Part shown: positions 37,364-48,397 of the stretch, piece by piece | Layout of the letters: each line of letters begins with the position of its first letter | Position numbering within the stretch: the stretch's first letter is position 1 | Assembly (NCBI GenBank): GCA_028699085.1 | Contig: JAQVVF010000002.1 | Coordinates: 3,074 to 67,073 of the forward strand | Length of the DNA: 64,000 bases | Direction: 5' to 3' | Source: Patescibacteria group bacterium | Lineage (GTDB): Bacteria > Patescibacteriota > JABMPQ01 > JAQVVF01 | Program-made: the position numbers and the translations under genes | Notes under the pieces: model-generated | What the model saw: the letters and a program-made list of their open reading frames with translations, nothing else | What the model was told of the DNA's origin: nothing | Databases searched by the model: none

Positions 37364-39073
37364 TTAATCAATTTTAAAATCAATCAATCTAAGTTGTAAA
37401 ATTCTCTCTCCATTCCATTCGTTACAATCAAGCTGAAAAACTATATCCATTTTTCCACTTTTATTTAGTTCTTCAATTCGATGTCCATGATTAAAACCAA
37501 TCACATCAAAAATACGATTATCAGAATTTGATTTAATTTTCATTTTCAAATGCTTCTTTGTTTTTCCAACAGGATAAGCATTAACAACTTGAATATCTTT
37601 TGCTAAAAAAACTGGTTTTTGATTTCCCATTCCATGCGGTTCAAAATCTAATAATCTTTCATATAAATTCCAATTCACATCTTTAAAATCGATTTCACTA
37701 TCGATTTCAATTACTGGCTGTAAATCTTTTTCAGTCAATTTTTCAGAAGCTAACTTCTCTAATTTTTCATGAAACTTCTCAAAATTTTCGTTTTTTAAAG
37801 AGAAACCAGCTGCCTGTTTATGTCCGCCATATTCCAATAATAAATCCTTGCAAGAAGAAATTGCAGAAATAATATCGAAAGCTGGAATACTACGAGCCGA
37901 ACCAACAGATTCTATTAGGCCTCTACCGCAAATCAAAGTCGGTCGATTATATTCTTCACAAATTTTGCCAGCCACAATTCCGACAACACCCAAAGGCCAT
38001 TTCCAACCAGATGCCATTAATACTTTTTGATTTTTAAAATCACCAATTTTCTTTTTAGCTTCATCAACTAATTTACTTGTCAAAGCTTGACGACTTGAAT
38101 TTGTTTTATCAATTTTTTTAGAAAGCCAAACAGCCTTATCTAAATCTTCCGTAATCAACAGCATATATGAAGCAGAAGCACGATCCATTCTCCCTGCTGA
38201 ATTAATTCTTGGTGCAATTACAAAACCGACTCTATCGCTATCAACAGTCTTAGCATCAACACGAGCTATTTGCATTAAACTTTGCAAACCAATTCTTTGA
38301 GTCTCTTTTATAATCTTCAGACCGTATTTAACTAAAGTTCTATTTTCAGAAAGAATTGGTGAACAATCCGCGATTGTTCCAATTGTTACCAAATCAAGCA
38401 AGCTCTTTTCCCAACCATCTGCTACTTTTACCCCAGATTCAAATTTTGAAATTATTGCTTGAGCTAATTTGAATGTAATTCCCACGCCAGCCAATTCTTT
38501 ATACGGATATTTATCGCCATTTCTTTTAGAATCTACCACAATATATTTTTTATCAAAATTTTCAGGCACATTATGATGATCAGTTATAACACAATCAATT
38601 CCATATTTTTCTTTTGCATAATCAATCTCTTTTCTATTTGAAACACCACAATCACAACTAACAATTAATTTAATATCTTTTTTTGCCAACCAATCAATCG
38701 CTTTTTTATTCATACCATAGCCTTCCGAAACTCGATCAGGAATATAAACCTGGCCAGCCAAACCAATTTTTTTGAATAATTCAGTCAATAAAACAGACGA
38801 AGTCACTCCGTCTGCATCATAGTCACCAAAAATTGCAACACGCTCTTTATTTTTGATTGCTAACAATAATCTATCAACTGCTCGATCCATATCTTTTAAT
38901 AAAAAAGGATCAAACAAGTCTTTTGAATAATCCGGATTAAAAAATTCATCAATTTTTTCTTGATTATCAATCCCACGATTATGTAATAATTGCAAAATCA
39001 CAGAATCATATTCCGGGAATTGACTTACAATGTCATTGCTTATTTTTTGTTTGACTTTCCAAAATTTTTCCAT
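37364..39073 (-). CDS. recJ: ssDNA exonuclease RecJ
   Basis: GDYDADG, EGYG, DCG, TDHH, PRINSAGR, GSARS, GGHKQAAG. Confidence 0.96.
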   Translation of the reverse strand: MEKFWKVKQKISNDIVSQFPEYDSVILQLLHNRGIDNQEKIDEFFNPDYSKDLFDPFLLKDMDRAVDRLLLAIKNKERVAIFGDYDADGVTSSVLLTELFKKIGLAGQVYIPDRVSEGYGMNKKAIDWLAKKDIKLIVSCDCGVSNRKEIDYAKEKYGIDCVITDHHNVPENFDKKYIVVDSKRNGDKYPYKELAGVGITFKLAQAIISKFESGVKVADGWEKSLLDLVTIGTIADCSPILSENRTLVKYGLKIIKETQRIGLQSLMQIARVDAKTVDSDRVGFVIAPRINSAGRMDRASASYMLLITEDLDKAVWLSKKIDKTNSSRQALTSKLVDEAKKKIGDFKNQKVLMASGWKWPLGVVGIVAGKICEEYNRPTLICGRGLIESVGSARSIPAFDIISAISSCKDLLLEYGGHKQAAGFSLKNENFEKFHEKLEKLASEKLTEKDLQPVIEIDSEIDFKDVNWNLYERLLDFEPHGMGNQKPVFLAKDIQVVNAYPVGKTKKHLKMKIKSNSDNRIFDVIGFNHGHRIEELNKSGKMDIVFQLDCNEWNGERILQLRLIDFKID

Positions 39074-39195
39074 AATTTCTAATTATCAATTTCTAATTTC
39101 TATTAAATTTCTAATGCATTAATTATCTAATCTTGAACAAAAAAACAAGTTTTCGTTTAGAAATTAGAAATTAATAATTTAATAGAAATTAAAAA

Positions 39196-40263
39196 TTAGA
39201 AATTAAAAATTTTGCTTGCAATCATCAATTCTTCATCAGTCTCGATTGCTTTAATTTCTACATTCTTCAAAAATGGCAAACCATTACAAATAGCTTCACG
39301 AGTCAAAGGATCTCCAGATCCAATTGATCCAGTAAATATCAAGACATCAAGCCCTCCCAAAATTGAATAATAAGCGCCTATATATTTTTTTACTCGATAA
39401 ACAAAAATATCAAAAGCAATTAAAGCAATCTTTTCATTTTTTTTAACTCTTTCCAAAACTTTCAACCAGTCTGTTTCACCACATAATGCTAAAATACCAG
39501 ATTTAAAATTCAAAATTTCTTCAATTTGGTCAGCTGTTAGATTTTCTTTCTTCTGCAAATACGTTACAACAGCTGGATCAATATCACCACACCTACTCAT
39601 CATCATCAAGCCTTCTAATGGCGTAAAACCCATTGATATATCAACAGATTTGCCATTCTCGATTGCACAAACAGAACATCCTCCACCCAGATGGCAAGAG
39701 ATTATTCGCAAATTTTTTACTTTTTCCTTGTCACTTTTTACTTTTGAATTTTGACTTTTAACTTTTTCACTCACATACTCATGAGAAATTCCATGAAATC
39801 CATATCGCCTAATCCCATACTTTTTAACATATTTATCACTAATCCCGTATCTCCAAGCTCTCTCTGGAATACTCTGATGGAAAGCAGTATCAAAAACAGC
39901 CACATTCAAAACATTTGGCAAAAGTTTCATCGCTGCCTTAATTCCCATCAAATTTGCTGGATTATGCAATGGCGCTAATTTACTTATATTTTCCAAATCC
40001 TTTAAAACGCTTTCATTAATTTCAATTGGCTCAATAAATTTTGTCCCTCCATGAACAACGCGATGACCAATTTTCACAATATCATCTTTATATTCCTTGA
40101 TTCCTTCCAAGACAATTCCCAAAGCCTGCTCATGATCTTTAACTTCGTTTTCACCAATGTGTTCGATATATCCAGATCTAATTAATTTTAAGTCAACCTC
40201 TGAAAATAATTTATACTTTAAAGAAGTTGAACCTGAATTTATTACCAATATATGTTTTTGCAT
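39196..40263 (-). CDS. ackA: Acetate kinase
   Basis: INSGSTSLKY, GHRVVHGG, LAPLHNP, FDTAFH, YGFHGISH, MGFTPLEG, TDEE. Confidence 0.95.
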   Translation of the reverse strand: MQKHILVINSGSTSLKYKLFSEVDLKLIRSGYIEHIGENEVKDHEQALGIVLEGIKEYKDDIVKIGHRVVHGGTKFIEPIEINESVLKDLENISKLAPLHNPANLMGIKAAMKLLPNVLNVAVFDTAFHQSIPERAWRYGISDKYVKKYGIRRYGFHGISHEYVSEKVKSQNSKVKSDKEKVKNLRIISCHLGGGCSVCAIENGKSVDISMGFTPLEGLMMMSRCGDIDPAVVTYLQKKENLTADQIEEILNFKSGILALCGETDWLKVLERVKKNEKIALIAFDIFVYRVKKYIGAYYSILGGLDVLIFTGSIGSGDPLTREAICNGLPFLKNVEIKAIETDEELMIASKIFNF

Positions 40264-40272
40264 AAAATTAAA

Positions 40273-40803
40273 TTATTTTTTTTCTGGCACAGGCAAACCA
40301 ATCTTCTGCAAAGGTAAATAATTAAAATAATATGAACATCCTTTGATAGAAATTACATAATCCAGAACATCTTTATAAACAGGATTCTTAAACCAATCAT
40401 TCAAAATATAAATATATTCAACCTCGACATTTAGCCTTGATAGAAGTTTTCGGTACTGTTTTATTTTAAAATCACAAGTCTGCAACTTTTCATCAGTTGA
40501 ACCAGCAACATTTTGAAATTTTATCTCGAGAATAAAAAAAGTATTGTTCACAATAACAAAAATTGCATCATCTGGCAAAAGCTTTTTTGAAATAAAATCT
40601 TTATAATCTATTTTCATCTCTTTTAAATATACATACAAACTATTCTTCTTATAAGATTTAGCAACTTCATCTTTTTTGTAATAAATTTTATGCCCAACAA
40701 CATTATAATTCATTTGCTTCTTTATAAATGTCAAAAAATCAACCTTTCCCTCATAATAAAGACCAGTTTTTGTATTAGCGCCTCCAATACCACCTTTTTT
40801 CAT
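40273..40803 (-). CDS. PD-(D/E)XK nuclease, putative type II restriction endonuclease
   Basis: LLPDD...LEIKFQ...DEKL; directly downstream of a DNA methyltransferase. Confidence 0.7.
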   Translation of the reverse strand: MKKGGIGGANTKTGLYYEGKVDFLTFIKKQMNYNVVGHKIYYKKDEVAKSYKKNSLYVYLKEMKIDYKDFISKKLLPDDAIFVIVNNTFFILEIKFQNVAGSTDEKLQTCDFKIKQYRKLLSRLNVEVEYIYILNDWFKNPVYKDVLDYVISIKGCSYYFNYLPLQKIGLPVPEKK

Positions 40804-40814
40804 ATTTTTTTAAA

Positions 40815-41609
40815 TTATTTATTATTTTCTTCTAATTCCTTAAATCTTTTAATTGATAAATCCAAATATTGTTTCTCGATATCAATTCCTATAAATTTTC
40901 TACCAAACATATATGCAGCTAAACCAGTTGTTGAACTTCCGGTAAAGGGATCTAAGACTAAATCGCCTTTATTTGTACTTGCCAAAACTATTCTTTTTAA
41001 TAAATCCAATGGTTTTTGTGTCGGGTGCTTACCAAATTTTTTTTCAACTACTTTAGGAGTATTAATCGACCAAACAGACCTCATTTGTAATCCTGGCTTT
41101 TTTATTTGATCTTCTGGCCAATCACCATTTTTCATTAAATCATAATTAAAAGTATGCTTTGCCTTCTTCTCTTTTCTGGCCCAAATTAAAGTCTCATGAC
41201 TTGCGGTAAAAAAACGACAACTTAAATTAGGCGATGCATTTGGTTTAAACCAAGATATATCATTCAAAATATGAAAACCAGCTCCCTGCAACGCAAAACC
41301 ACATTGAAATATAGAATGATATGTTCCACTAATCCAAATAGAACCTCCTGGCTTTAAAACTCTTTTACAAGTCTTTATCCAATTAAAATGAAACAAAAAA
41401 TTCTTCTTTGTACCATTGCTCAAATCCCAATTGCCCTTCTTGACACTAACCATTTTACCATTTTGACAAGTAAAACTACCACTAGAAAGAAAATAAGGCG
41501 GATCCGCAAAAATCATATCGACCGAATTTTCTTTTATGTTCTTCAAAATATTCAAACAATTAGCATTATAAAGTTTGAATCTAGGCTCTTCAAAATAAAT
41601 TTTATTCAT
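40815..41609 (-). CDS. Site-specific DNA methyltransferase (N4/N6, beta class)
   Basis: FADPPY, HPTQKP, DPFTGSSTT. Confidence 0.93.
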   Translation of the reverse strand: MNKIYFEEPRFKLYNANCLNILKNIKENSVDMIFADPPYFLSSGSFTCQNGKMVSVKKGNWDLSNGTKKNFLFHFNWIKTCKRVLKPGGSIWISGTYHSIFQCGFALQGAGFHILNDISWFKPNASPNLSCRFFTASHETLIWARKEKKAKHTFNYDLMKNGDWPEDQIKKPGLQMRSVWSINTPKVVEKKFGKHPTQKPLDLLKRIVLASTNKGDLVLDPFTGSSTTGLAAYMFGRKFIGIDIEKQYLDLSIKRFKELEENNK

Positions 41610-41623
41610 ATACTTTTTAAATT

Positions 41624-42196
41624 TTACTTTTTAACAATTAATTCACCGATATCTCCATTTTCTACTCCTGCAGAATTTGCTTCATCAGTATCAATTTGAA
41701 AAAAGAATTGAAAATTTTCTTTCACTCTAACAACTACATTATTAAATAATAATCCACGATCACCAAAACATGAAACAGAAACTCTTTGTCCATCTTTCAA
41801 ATTTAATTCTTTAGCCTGTTTTTCTGAAATATGGATATGCCTCATTGCCAAAATCAATCCTTCTAGCAAATCGACAGATCCGTTAGGTCCAATTAATTTA
41901 ATAGGCGCTGAACCAACTACATCTCCAGAAACTCTTAATGGAGGAATATTGCCCAACATAAAACCATCAGTTTTCGAAACTTCTACTTGAGTTCTCGGTC
42001 GGACAGGTCCAATAATTCTAACTTTTTCAATTTTATTTTTTGGCCCTACAACTTGCAAAGTTTCTTCACAAGCAAATTCGCCTTCTTGCGATAAATCTGC
42101 TTTTTTTGTTAATTTATGACCTTTTCCAAAAAGCGAATCTAAATGTTCTTGACTCAAATGAATATGTCGAGCGCTAACTTCAATTTTTATTTTCAT
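41624..42196 (-). CDS. pduL: PduL-type phosphate acyltransferase
   Basis: VSARHIHLS, QVEVSKTD, MRHIH, IDTDEANSA. Confidence 0.9.
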   Translation of the reverse strand: MKIKIEVSARHIHLSQEHLDSLFGKGHKLTKKADLSQEGEFACEETLQVVGPKNKIEKVRIIGPVRPRTQVEVSKTDGFMLGNIPPLRVSGDVVGSAPIKLIGPNGSVDLLEGLILAMRHIHISEKQAKELNLKDGQRVSVSCFGDRGLLFNNVVVRVKENFQFFFQIDTDEANSAGVENGDIGELIVKK

Positions 42197-42214
42197 AATT
42201 CAAAATTAAATTCT

Positions 42215-43783
42215 TTATATTGCTTTAGTTAAATCAATTCCCGTCATCTCCGCTGGTTTTTCAATGCCCATTAATGCCAAAATTGTTGGCGCAACATCAG
42301 CCAAGGCACCAGTAGGAGATTCTAAGCTCAAATCTGTATTATCAGATTTCCGTTCCAAACCCTTGCCAATCAAAATTAATGGCACTGGATTTGCAGTATG
42401 TTCTTTCTCACTTCGGCCTGTTTGCAAATTAATTTTTTCTTCGCAATTACCATGATCAGCAGTCAAAACTACTACGCCATTATTATTCATTACTTCTGGA
42501 ATTATTTTTTGCAAACAAGAATCCACAAAATCCAAACCTTTTACTGTAGCCTCAATATTTCCGGTATGCCCAACCATATCTGGATTAGCAAAATTAATTA
42601 AAACAAAACTATACCTTTCCTTTATTGCCTTAAGAGCTTCAGAAGTGACGCCTTCTGCTGACATCTCCGGTTTTTCGTCATAAGATTCTACTTTTGGAGA
42701 TGCCACAACTTTATGTATCTCACCTGCAAAAGTTTTCTCGCGTCCGCAGTTAAAAAAGAAAGTGACATGTGCAAATTTTTCTGTTTCAGCAACATGAAAT
42801 TGTTTTAAATTCTTTTTACTGATAATTTCTGATAAGCCATTTGGAGTTTCTTTTTGCTGAAAAGCAATATGATCGCATAATCCTTTTTTATATTCAGTAA
42901 AACAAACAAAAAATAAATCTTCAATTTTTTCACGTTTAAAACCTTTGAAATCATCACTAACAAAAGCTTCTGTAACTTGTCTCGCTCGATCAGTTCGATA
43001 ATTGAAAAAGATTACTGAATCACCTTTTGAAATCTTAGTAACTGGTTTTTCTTTTGATCCTAAAACAACCGGCTCCATCTGCTCATCATAAACTTTTTTA
43101 TTATATGAATCCTTGATTGCTGAAATCGGATCAGAAAAATATTTTCCTTTACCTAGCACCATCGCATTATAGGCTTTTTCAACTCTATCCCAATTATCAT
43201 CTCGATCCATTACATAATATCTACCACTCATTGTCGCTATTTTACCTACTGAAAACCATCCACTTGTTTCCTTTTGAATTCTTCTAACCATATCTATTCC
43301 TGAATCTTTTGGCATATCTCTTCCATCCATAAAACAATGAATAAAAACTTTTTTAACTCTATTCTGCTTAGCTAATTTTAATAACGCAAATAAATGCTCA
43401 ATATGCGCATGTATACCGCCACTACTAATCAAACCCATCAAATGCAAACTGCTTTTATTTTTTTTGACATGTTCAATCGCACCCATCAAAGCTTCATTTT
43501 TAAAAAAGGTCTTATTTAAAATAGCTGTATTTATTAACGGCAAGCTTTGGTAAGAAATTCTTCCTGCTCCCAAATTACCATGACCGACTTCTGAATTTCC
43601 CATATCTCTCCATGGCAAACCAACTTCCTCGCCAGAAGCTTGAATTGTTGTATGAATATAAGTTTTTAGCAATTCATTATAATAAGGCATCTTTGCTTGC
43701 GTAACGCAATTTCCTTTACCTGGAGGAGCAATTCCAAATCCATCTAGAATAATTAATACTGCTTGTTTATATTTTGTAGACAT
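42215..43783 (-). CDS. gpmI: 2,3-bisphosphoglycerate-independent phosphoglycerate mutase
   Basis: ILDGFG, MGNSEVGH, AETEK, NPDMVGH, TADHGN. Confidence 0.96.
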   Translation of the reverse strand: MSTKYKQAVLIILDGFGIAPPGKGNCVTQAKMPYYNELLKTYIHTTIQASGEEVGLPWRDMGNSEVGHGNLGAGRISYQSLPLINTAILNKTFFKNEALMGAIEHVKKNKSSLHLMGLISSGGIHAHIEHLFALLKLAKQNRVKKVFIHCFMDGRDMPKDSGIDMVRRIQKETSGWFSVGKIATMSGRYYVMDRDDNWDRVEKAYNAMVLGKGKYFSDPISAIKDSYNKKVYDEQMEPVVLGSKEKPVTKISKGDSVIFFNYRTDRARQVTEAFVSDDFKGFKREKIEDLFFVCFTEYKKGLCDHIAFQQKETPNGLSEIISKKNLKQFHVAETEKFAHVTFFFNCGREKTFAGEIHKVVASPKVESYDEKPEMSAEGVTSEALKAIKERYSFVLINFANPDMVGHTGNIEATVKGLDFVDSCLQKIIPEVMNNNGVVVLTADHGNCEEKINLQTGRSEKEHTANPVPLILIGKGLERKSDNTDLSLESPTGALADVAPTILALMGIEKPAEMTGIDLTKAI

Positions 43784-43905
43784 AAATTTTCTATTTCCAA
43801 TTCTCAATTTACAATAAATTTTCAATAATCAATTCTCAAAAAATATCAAAAATTGAACATTAGAAATTGTAAATTGATTGGAAATTGATAACTGAAATTT
43901 GGTAA

Positions 43906-45147
43906 TTATTTCAATAGCTCTTCTATTTCCATCAACCTATTATATTTACACACTCTTTCTCCTCTCGATAATGATCCAGACTTAATCTGTGCAGCATTTG
44001 TTCCAACACAAAGATCAGCAATAAAAGTATCTACTGTCTCTCCAGATCGGTGCGAAATCATTGTCGCATAGCCTTTTGACTTTGCTAATTTTATGCATTC
44101 AAAAGTTTCTGTCAAAGTACCAATTTGATTTGGTTTTATCAAAACAGAATTTGCACAATTCTCGGCAATGCCTTTTTTTACTCTCTCAATATTTGTTACA
44201 AACAAATCATCACCAACAATTTGTATTTTGTCACCAAGTTTTTCAGTAATTTTTTTATAACCGTCCCAATCTTCTTCAGCCAAAGGGTCTTCAATACTTT
44301 TTATTGGATATTTTGTAACCCAATCATTCATCATTGCAATAAGATGATCTGACTCAATGCATTTTCCTGAATTTAAACAGTACCCTTTTTCCTTAGTATA
44401 AAAAGAAGATGCAGCTACATCCAATCCAATATTGACATCAGCACCTGGTTTATAACCAGCCTCCTCGATTGCTTTTATTATTGTCTCAATTGCATGTTCA
44501 TTATTATCCAATCTTGGTGCAAATCCGCCCTCATCGCCAACGCCGATCGAATATTCTCCTCTTTGTAAAATATCTTTCAACGCATGAAAAACTTCTGAAC
44601 CAACCCTGACTTTTTCATAAAGATTAATTGCGTTAGGTACAATCATAAATTCCTGAACATCCAATCCAGAATCAGCGTGTTTACCGCCATTGATAATATT
44701 AAAATAAGTATGCGGCAAAACAAAATTGTTATTACCAAAAATCTCTCCAATATATTGATATAATTCTAATTCTTTAGAATTACTAGCAGCAACACAACAT
44801 GCCAATGACACACCCAAAATTGCATTAGCCCCTAATTTTGATTTATTAGGCGTGCTATCTAAAGCAATCAAAGTTCGATCAATTTTTTCTTGCTTAAAAA
44901 CATCCATATTAATTAATCTTTCCGAAATAATATCATTGACATTCTTACATGCTCTAAGCACTCCTTTTCCGCCATATCTTTTTTTATCATTATCTCTTAA
45001 TTCCAAAGCCTCAAATTTTCCTGTTGAAGCGCCAGAAGGAACTCTAGCAATACCAAATTTTCCATCATCAAGACTAACTCTAACTTCAACAGTCGGTTCG
45101 CCTCTTGAATCTAAAATTTCACGAGCTCTAACTTTTTTTATTTTCAT
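43906..45147 (-). CDS. eno: Enolase
   Basis: ILDSRG, VPSGASTG, GDEGG, SHRSGET. Confidence 0.97.
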   Translation of the reverse strand: MKIKKVRAREILDSRGEPTVEVRVSLDDGKFGIARVPSGASTGKFEALELRDNDKKRYGGKGVLRACKNVNDIISERLINMDVFKQEKIDRTLIALDSTPNKSKLGANAILGVSLACCVAASNSKELELYQYIGEIFGNNNFVLPHTYFNIINGGKHADSGLDVQEFMIVPNAINLYEKVRVGSEVFHALKDILQRGEYSIGVGDEGGFAPRLDNNEHAIETIIKAIEEAGYKPGADVNIGLDVAASSFYTKEKGYCLNSGKCIESDHLIAMMNDWVTKYPIKSIEDPLAEEDWDGYKKITEKLGDKIQIVGDDLFVTNIERVKKGIAENCANSVLIKPNQIGTLTETFECIKLAKSKGYATMISHRSGETVDTFIADLCVGTNAAQIKSGSLSRGERVCKYNRLMEIEELLK

Positions 45148-45161
45148 AAATATTTTTAATT

Positions 45162-46325
45162 TTATTTATCTAATAAACATTCAATTCCCGGCATTGTTTT
45201 TCCCTCCAAAAATTCCAACATTGCTCCTCCGCCAGTTGATAAAAAATAAATTTTATCTTCTAAACCTAATTTTCTGATCGCCATTGAAGTTTCTCCGCCA
45301 CCAACAACAGCTTTTTTAACCTTTACCAATTCTCTCGCTAACTCATCAGTACCTTTTGCATATTTTTCATTTTCAAATTTTCCCATTGGCCCATTCCAAA
45401 CAAGCAATCTTGCTTTATCAATTTTCCTCTTAAACAGATCAATCGTCTTTGGTCCAATATCATAAATAAATTCATCACTATTAATTCCATTGCCTATATC
45501 AACAATTCTTGTCCCATCGCCGTTATCTTTTCCAACAGTTACATCAATGGGAATATCAATATTAGTATTTTTTAGAACTGTTTCTTTAATTAACGGAATC
45601 TCTTTTTTTTCAACCATTGATCCTCCAACATTCAAGCCATTCACCATAAAAATTGTATTTGATAATGCCCCTGCAACCAATAACTTATCAGCCTGCTTTG
45701 CCAACTTGTTTATCAAATTTAATTTAGTAGAAATTTTCGCTCCTCCTAAAATTACTAGATATGGGTGTTCTGGTTTTTCCAAAACCTCTGTCAATACATC
45801 AACTTCTTTTTCCAATAATAATCCAGCAACAGCGGGCAAAAATTTAGCTACTCCAGTAACCGAAGCATGAGCGCGATGCACAGATCCGAATCCATCAACA
45901 CAGAATATCTCACCCAAACTCGCTAATTTTTTAGCAAATTTTAAATCGCATTTTTCTTCTTCAGGATAGAATCTAACATTCTCTAGCAAGATGACTTCAC
46001 CAAATCTCGCCTTCTTCACTTTATCATTGACTTCTTGCCCAATACAGTCATCCAATTTCTCAACTTTTCTGCCTAGCATCTGACTCAAACTTTTCGCAAT
46101 TGGATCTAACCTTAATTCTTCGACAACTTTTCCTTTTGGTTTTCCAAGATGCGACATTAATACGACCTTAGCATTCTTTTTCACTAAATAATTTATTGTA
46201 TCCAAACTCTTTTTAATTTTGAAATCATCAAGAATTTTTCCATTTTCAATTGGTACATTAAAATCAGCTCTAACTAAAACAGTTTTATTTTTTACATCAA
46301 TATCTTTGATTGTTTTCTTATTCAT
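45162..46325 (-). CDS. pgk: Phosphoglycerate kinase
   Basis: RADFNVP, LLENVRF, WNGPMG, STGGGA. Confidence 0.97.
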   Translation of the reverse strand: MNKKTIKDIDVKNKTVLVRADFNVPIENGKILDDFKIKKSLDTINYLVKKNAKVVLMSHLGKPKGKVVEELRLDPIAKSLSQMLGRKVEKLDDCIGQEVNDKVKKARFGEVILLENVRFYPEEEKCDLKFAKKLASLGEIFCVDGFGSVHRAHASVTGVAKFLPAVAGLLLEKEVDVLTEVLEKPEHPYLVILGGAKISTKLNLINKLAKQADKLLVAGALSNTIFMVNGLNVGGSMVEKKEIPLIKETVLKNTNIDIPIDVTVGKDNGDGTRIVDIGNGINSDEFIYDIGPKTIDLFKRKIDKARLLVWNGPMGKFENEKYAKGTDELARELVKVKKAVVGGGETSMAIRKLGLEDKIYFLSTGGGAMLEFLEGKTMPGIECLLDK

Positions 46326-46326
46326 T

Positions 46327-46398
46327 TTTTTACTTTTAACTTGTAGCTTTTTACCTGCCTACCGACAGGCAGGCTTTTTAATTTTGACCTTTTACTTT
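46327..46398. repeat. Heptad element with nested CCTGCCTACCGACAGGCAGG palindrome
   Basis: tttttac ttttaac ttgtagc ttttta[20-nt palindrome 46354-46373]c tttttaa ttttgac. Confidence 0.8.
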
Positions 46399-46656
46399 TT
46401 ACTCTCCTTCAATTTCAATCAATTTATATCCATTTTCACCTCGTTTTTCTATAATAACAATTTCTGAATTTTTAGCAATCGTACCCTTAGCCAACATTTT
46501 AATATTAAACTTTAAGTTATCGGCTAAAATCTCTTGCCCATGCTCAATAAACTTTCCCAATTCTATTTTAATCTTATCAATTTTTTTGAATTTATTTTTC
46601 TGAGCATAACTCAATGAAATCTTTAACAAATTGTCAGCGGCATGAAAATCATGCAT
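46399..46656 (-). CDS. hypA: HypA-like nickel chaperone lacking the zinc finger
   Basis: MHD start (MHE in canonical HypA), IELG, C-terminal LIEIEGE; contains no Cys. Confidence 0.75.
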   Translation of the reverse strand: MHDFHAADNLLKISLSYAQKNKFKKIDKIKIELGKFIEHGQEILADNLKFNIKMLAKGTIAKNSEIVIIEKRGENGYKLIEIEGE

Positions 46657-46664
46657 AGTAGTTC

Positions 46665-46713
46665 TTTTTACTTTTTACCTGTAGCTTTTTAATTTTTACT
46701 TTTGACTTTTACC
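46665..46713. repeat. Heptad element (TTTTTAC family)
   Basis: tttttac tttttac ctgtagc tttttaa tttttac ttttgac ttttacc. Confidence 0.8.
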
Positions 46714-46717
46714 TTTT

Positions 46718-48025
46718 CTAATGCGTCGCACAACTAATACAAGGATCAAAAGCTCTGATCATCATTTTTATCTTTTTCTCTCTTTCAATATCTGATAAAT
46801 TTTTAAATTCAGACAAAAACACGCTTAAATCATCTTCTAGTTTTGCCAAAAACTGCGCAGTTGGTGTAATAATATTGCAGTTCTTAATATATCCTTTTTT
46901 ATCAGTTTCATAGTAATGGTACAAAGTACCCCTTGGCGCCTCAATTGCCGCTACTCCTTGACCAGCTTTAACTTTAAAACTAGCATTCTTTACATCCAAC
47001 CAATTAATCTTTTTTAATTCTCGCAAAAGATTCCTGATTTCTTCGACACAATGAATTAATTCAACAGCTTGAGCCAAAACATTATAAAAAGTATTGCTTG
47101 TTGGAAAATCAATATTCGCTGTTTCCAAAAATTTTGCAGCTTCCTCATTTAACAAATATTTATTGATGTTTATTCGGGCTAATGCCCCACAAAAAAATGG
47201 CTTACCATTATAATTAACTCTTTTTACTAATTCATTCCGTAATTCAATTTCTTTTATCTTTTTAACAAATTTAGAAGCTTCAATTCCTTTCATTTGCTTA
47301 CCAAATATTTTCTTTACTAAATTCTTTTTTGTTTCCCAAATTTTAATTTCACCATCATAAATCGCATACTCAGTATCATCAGATAAAGCAATAAAATTTC
47401 CTAAATTTTTAAATTTAGGATAATCAAGATCTCTAAATAATTGAGCGATTTGTTGAGCCATTTCTAAAATATCTCCAGAACCATCTAAAAATTTTTCTAA
47501 ATTTTCTTCTTCTGGCCATTTTCTAAATCCACCAACCATATTTGTTAAAGGATGCGTTATTCTTCCACCAATCACCAAGCATAAATCAGTTGCCCATTTC
47601 CGGATATCAATCGCCATCTGTGCTTCATTCGGATATCTGCCAGCCATCTTTTTTGTATCATCATAATTCAAAAAATCAGGTAAAGATAAAAAGAAAAGAT
47701 GTAAAGCATGACTATGAATTACTTGAGCTAATTCCAAAATTTTTCGAAGCATCACAACTTCAGAACTGACTCGAACATCAAAACATTTTTCCAATGCCTT
47801 TACGGCTGTTAGATGATGAACAATCGGACAAATACCACAAATTCTTGAAGTAATTGTTGGCGCTTCAGAATAATGTCTGCCTACCAATGTTCCTTCAATT
47901 AATCTCGCCCCTTCTTCCGTAATAATATGCGCTTCCGAAATTTCTCCAGCTAAAATCTTGCCTTCAAAAGAGGCATGTCCTTCCATCTTAGCTAGATGAT
48001 TAATTTTAATTATTTTTTTTGGCAT
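46718..48025 (-). CDS. Group 3b-type NiFe hydrogenase large (alpha) subunit
   Basis: EGH, RICGICPIVH (L1), EAPRGTLYH, DPCISCATH-stop (L2). Confidence 0.92.
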   Translation of the reverse strand: MPKKIIKINHLAKMEGHASFEGKILAGEISEAHIITEEGARLIEGTLVGRHYSEAPTITSRICGICPIVHHLTAVKALEKCFDVRVSSEVVMLRKILELAQVIHSHALHLFFLSLPDFLNYDDTKKMAGRYPNEAQMAIDIRKWATDLCLVIGGRITHPLTNMVGGFRKWPEEENLEKFLDGSGDILEMAQQIAQLFRDLDYPKFKNLGNFIALSDDTEYAIYDGEIKIWETKKNLVKKIFGKQMKGIEASKFVKKIKEIELRNELVKRVNYNGKPFFCGALARININKYLLNEEAAKFLETANIDFPTSNTFYNVLAQAVELIHCVEEIRNLLRELKKINWLDVKNASFKVKAGQGVAAIEAPRGTLYHYYETDKKGYIKNCNIITPTAQFLAKLEDDLSVFLSEFKNLSDIEREKKIKMMIRAFDPCISCATH

Positions 48026-48060
48026 AAAATTTAAACATCATATTTCTGACAAAAATTAAA

Positions 48061-48393
48061 TTAAACTAAATTCATTCGAAATTCACATCCATAATCTTCA
48101 AAACCAAATTTCAAATACCACTGATGAACTTGCTCTCTCGATTTTCTGCTTGTCGCAATCAATTTATAACAACCTCTATCTTTAGCTTCCTTAATGACAG
48201 TTTTGACCAATTCAGTTCCTGTCCCTTTTCCTCTCTGGCTTTCTTCTACAAATACATCCTCCAATAAACCATAAGGCTCTTTATGCAAATCATTATATAT
48301 TAAATATAAATAGGCGCGGCCAACTATTTTCCCTTCATCTTCAACAATAAGTTTTACTGCTTGAGAATCTTTTACTGATAGTTTAATTTCCAT
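48061..48393 (-). CDS. GNAT acetyltransferase
   Basis: EDVFVEESQRGKGTG, WYLKFGF. Confidence 0.88.
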   Translation of the reverse strand: MEIKLSVKDSQAVKLIVEDEGKIVGRAYLYLIYNDLHKEPYGLLEDVFVEESQRGKGTGTELVKTVIKEAKDRGCYKLIATSRKSREQVHQWYLKFGFEDYGCEFRMNLV

Positions 48394-48397
48394 AATA

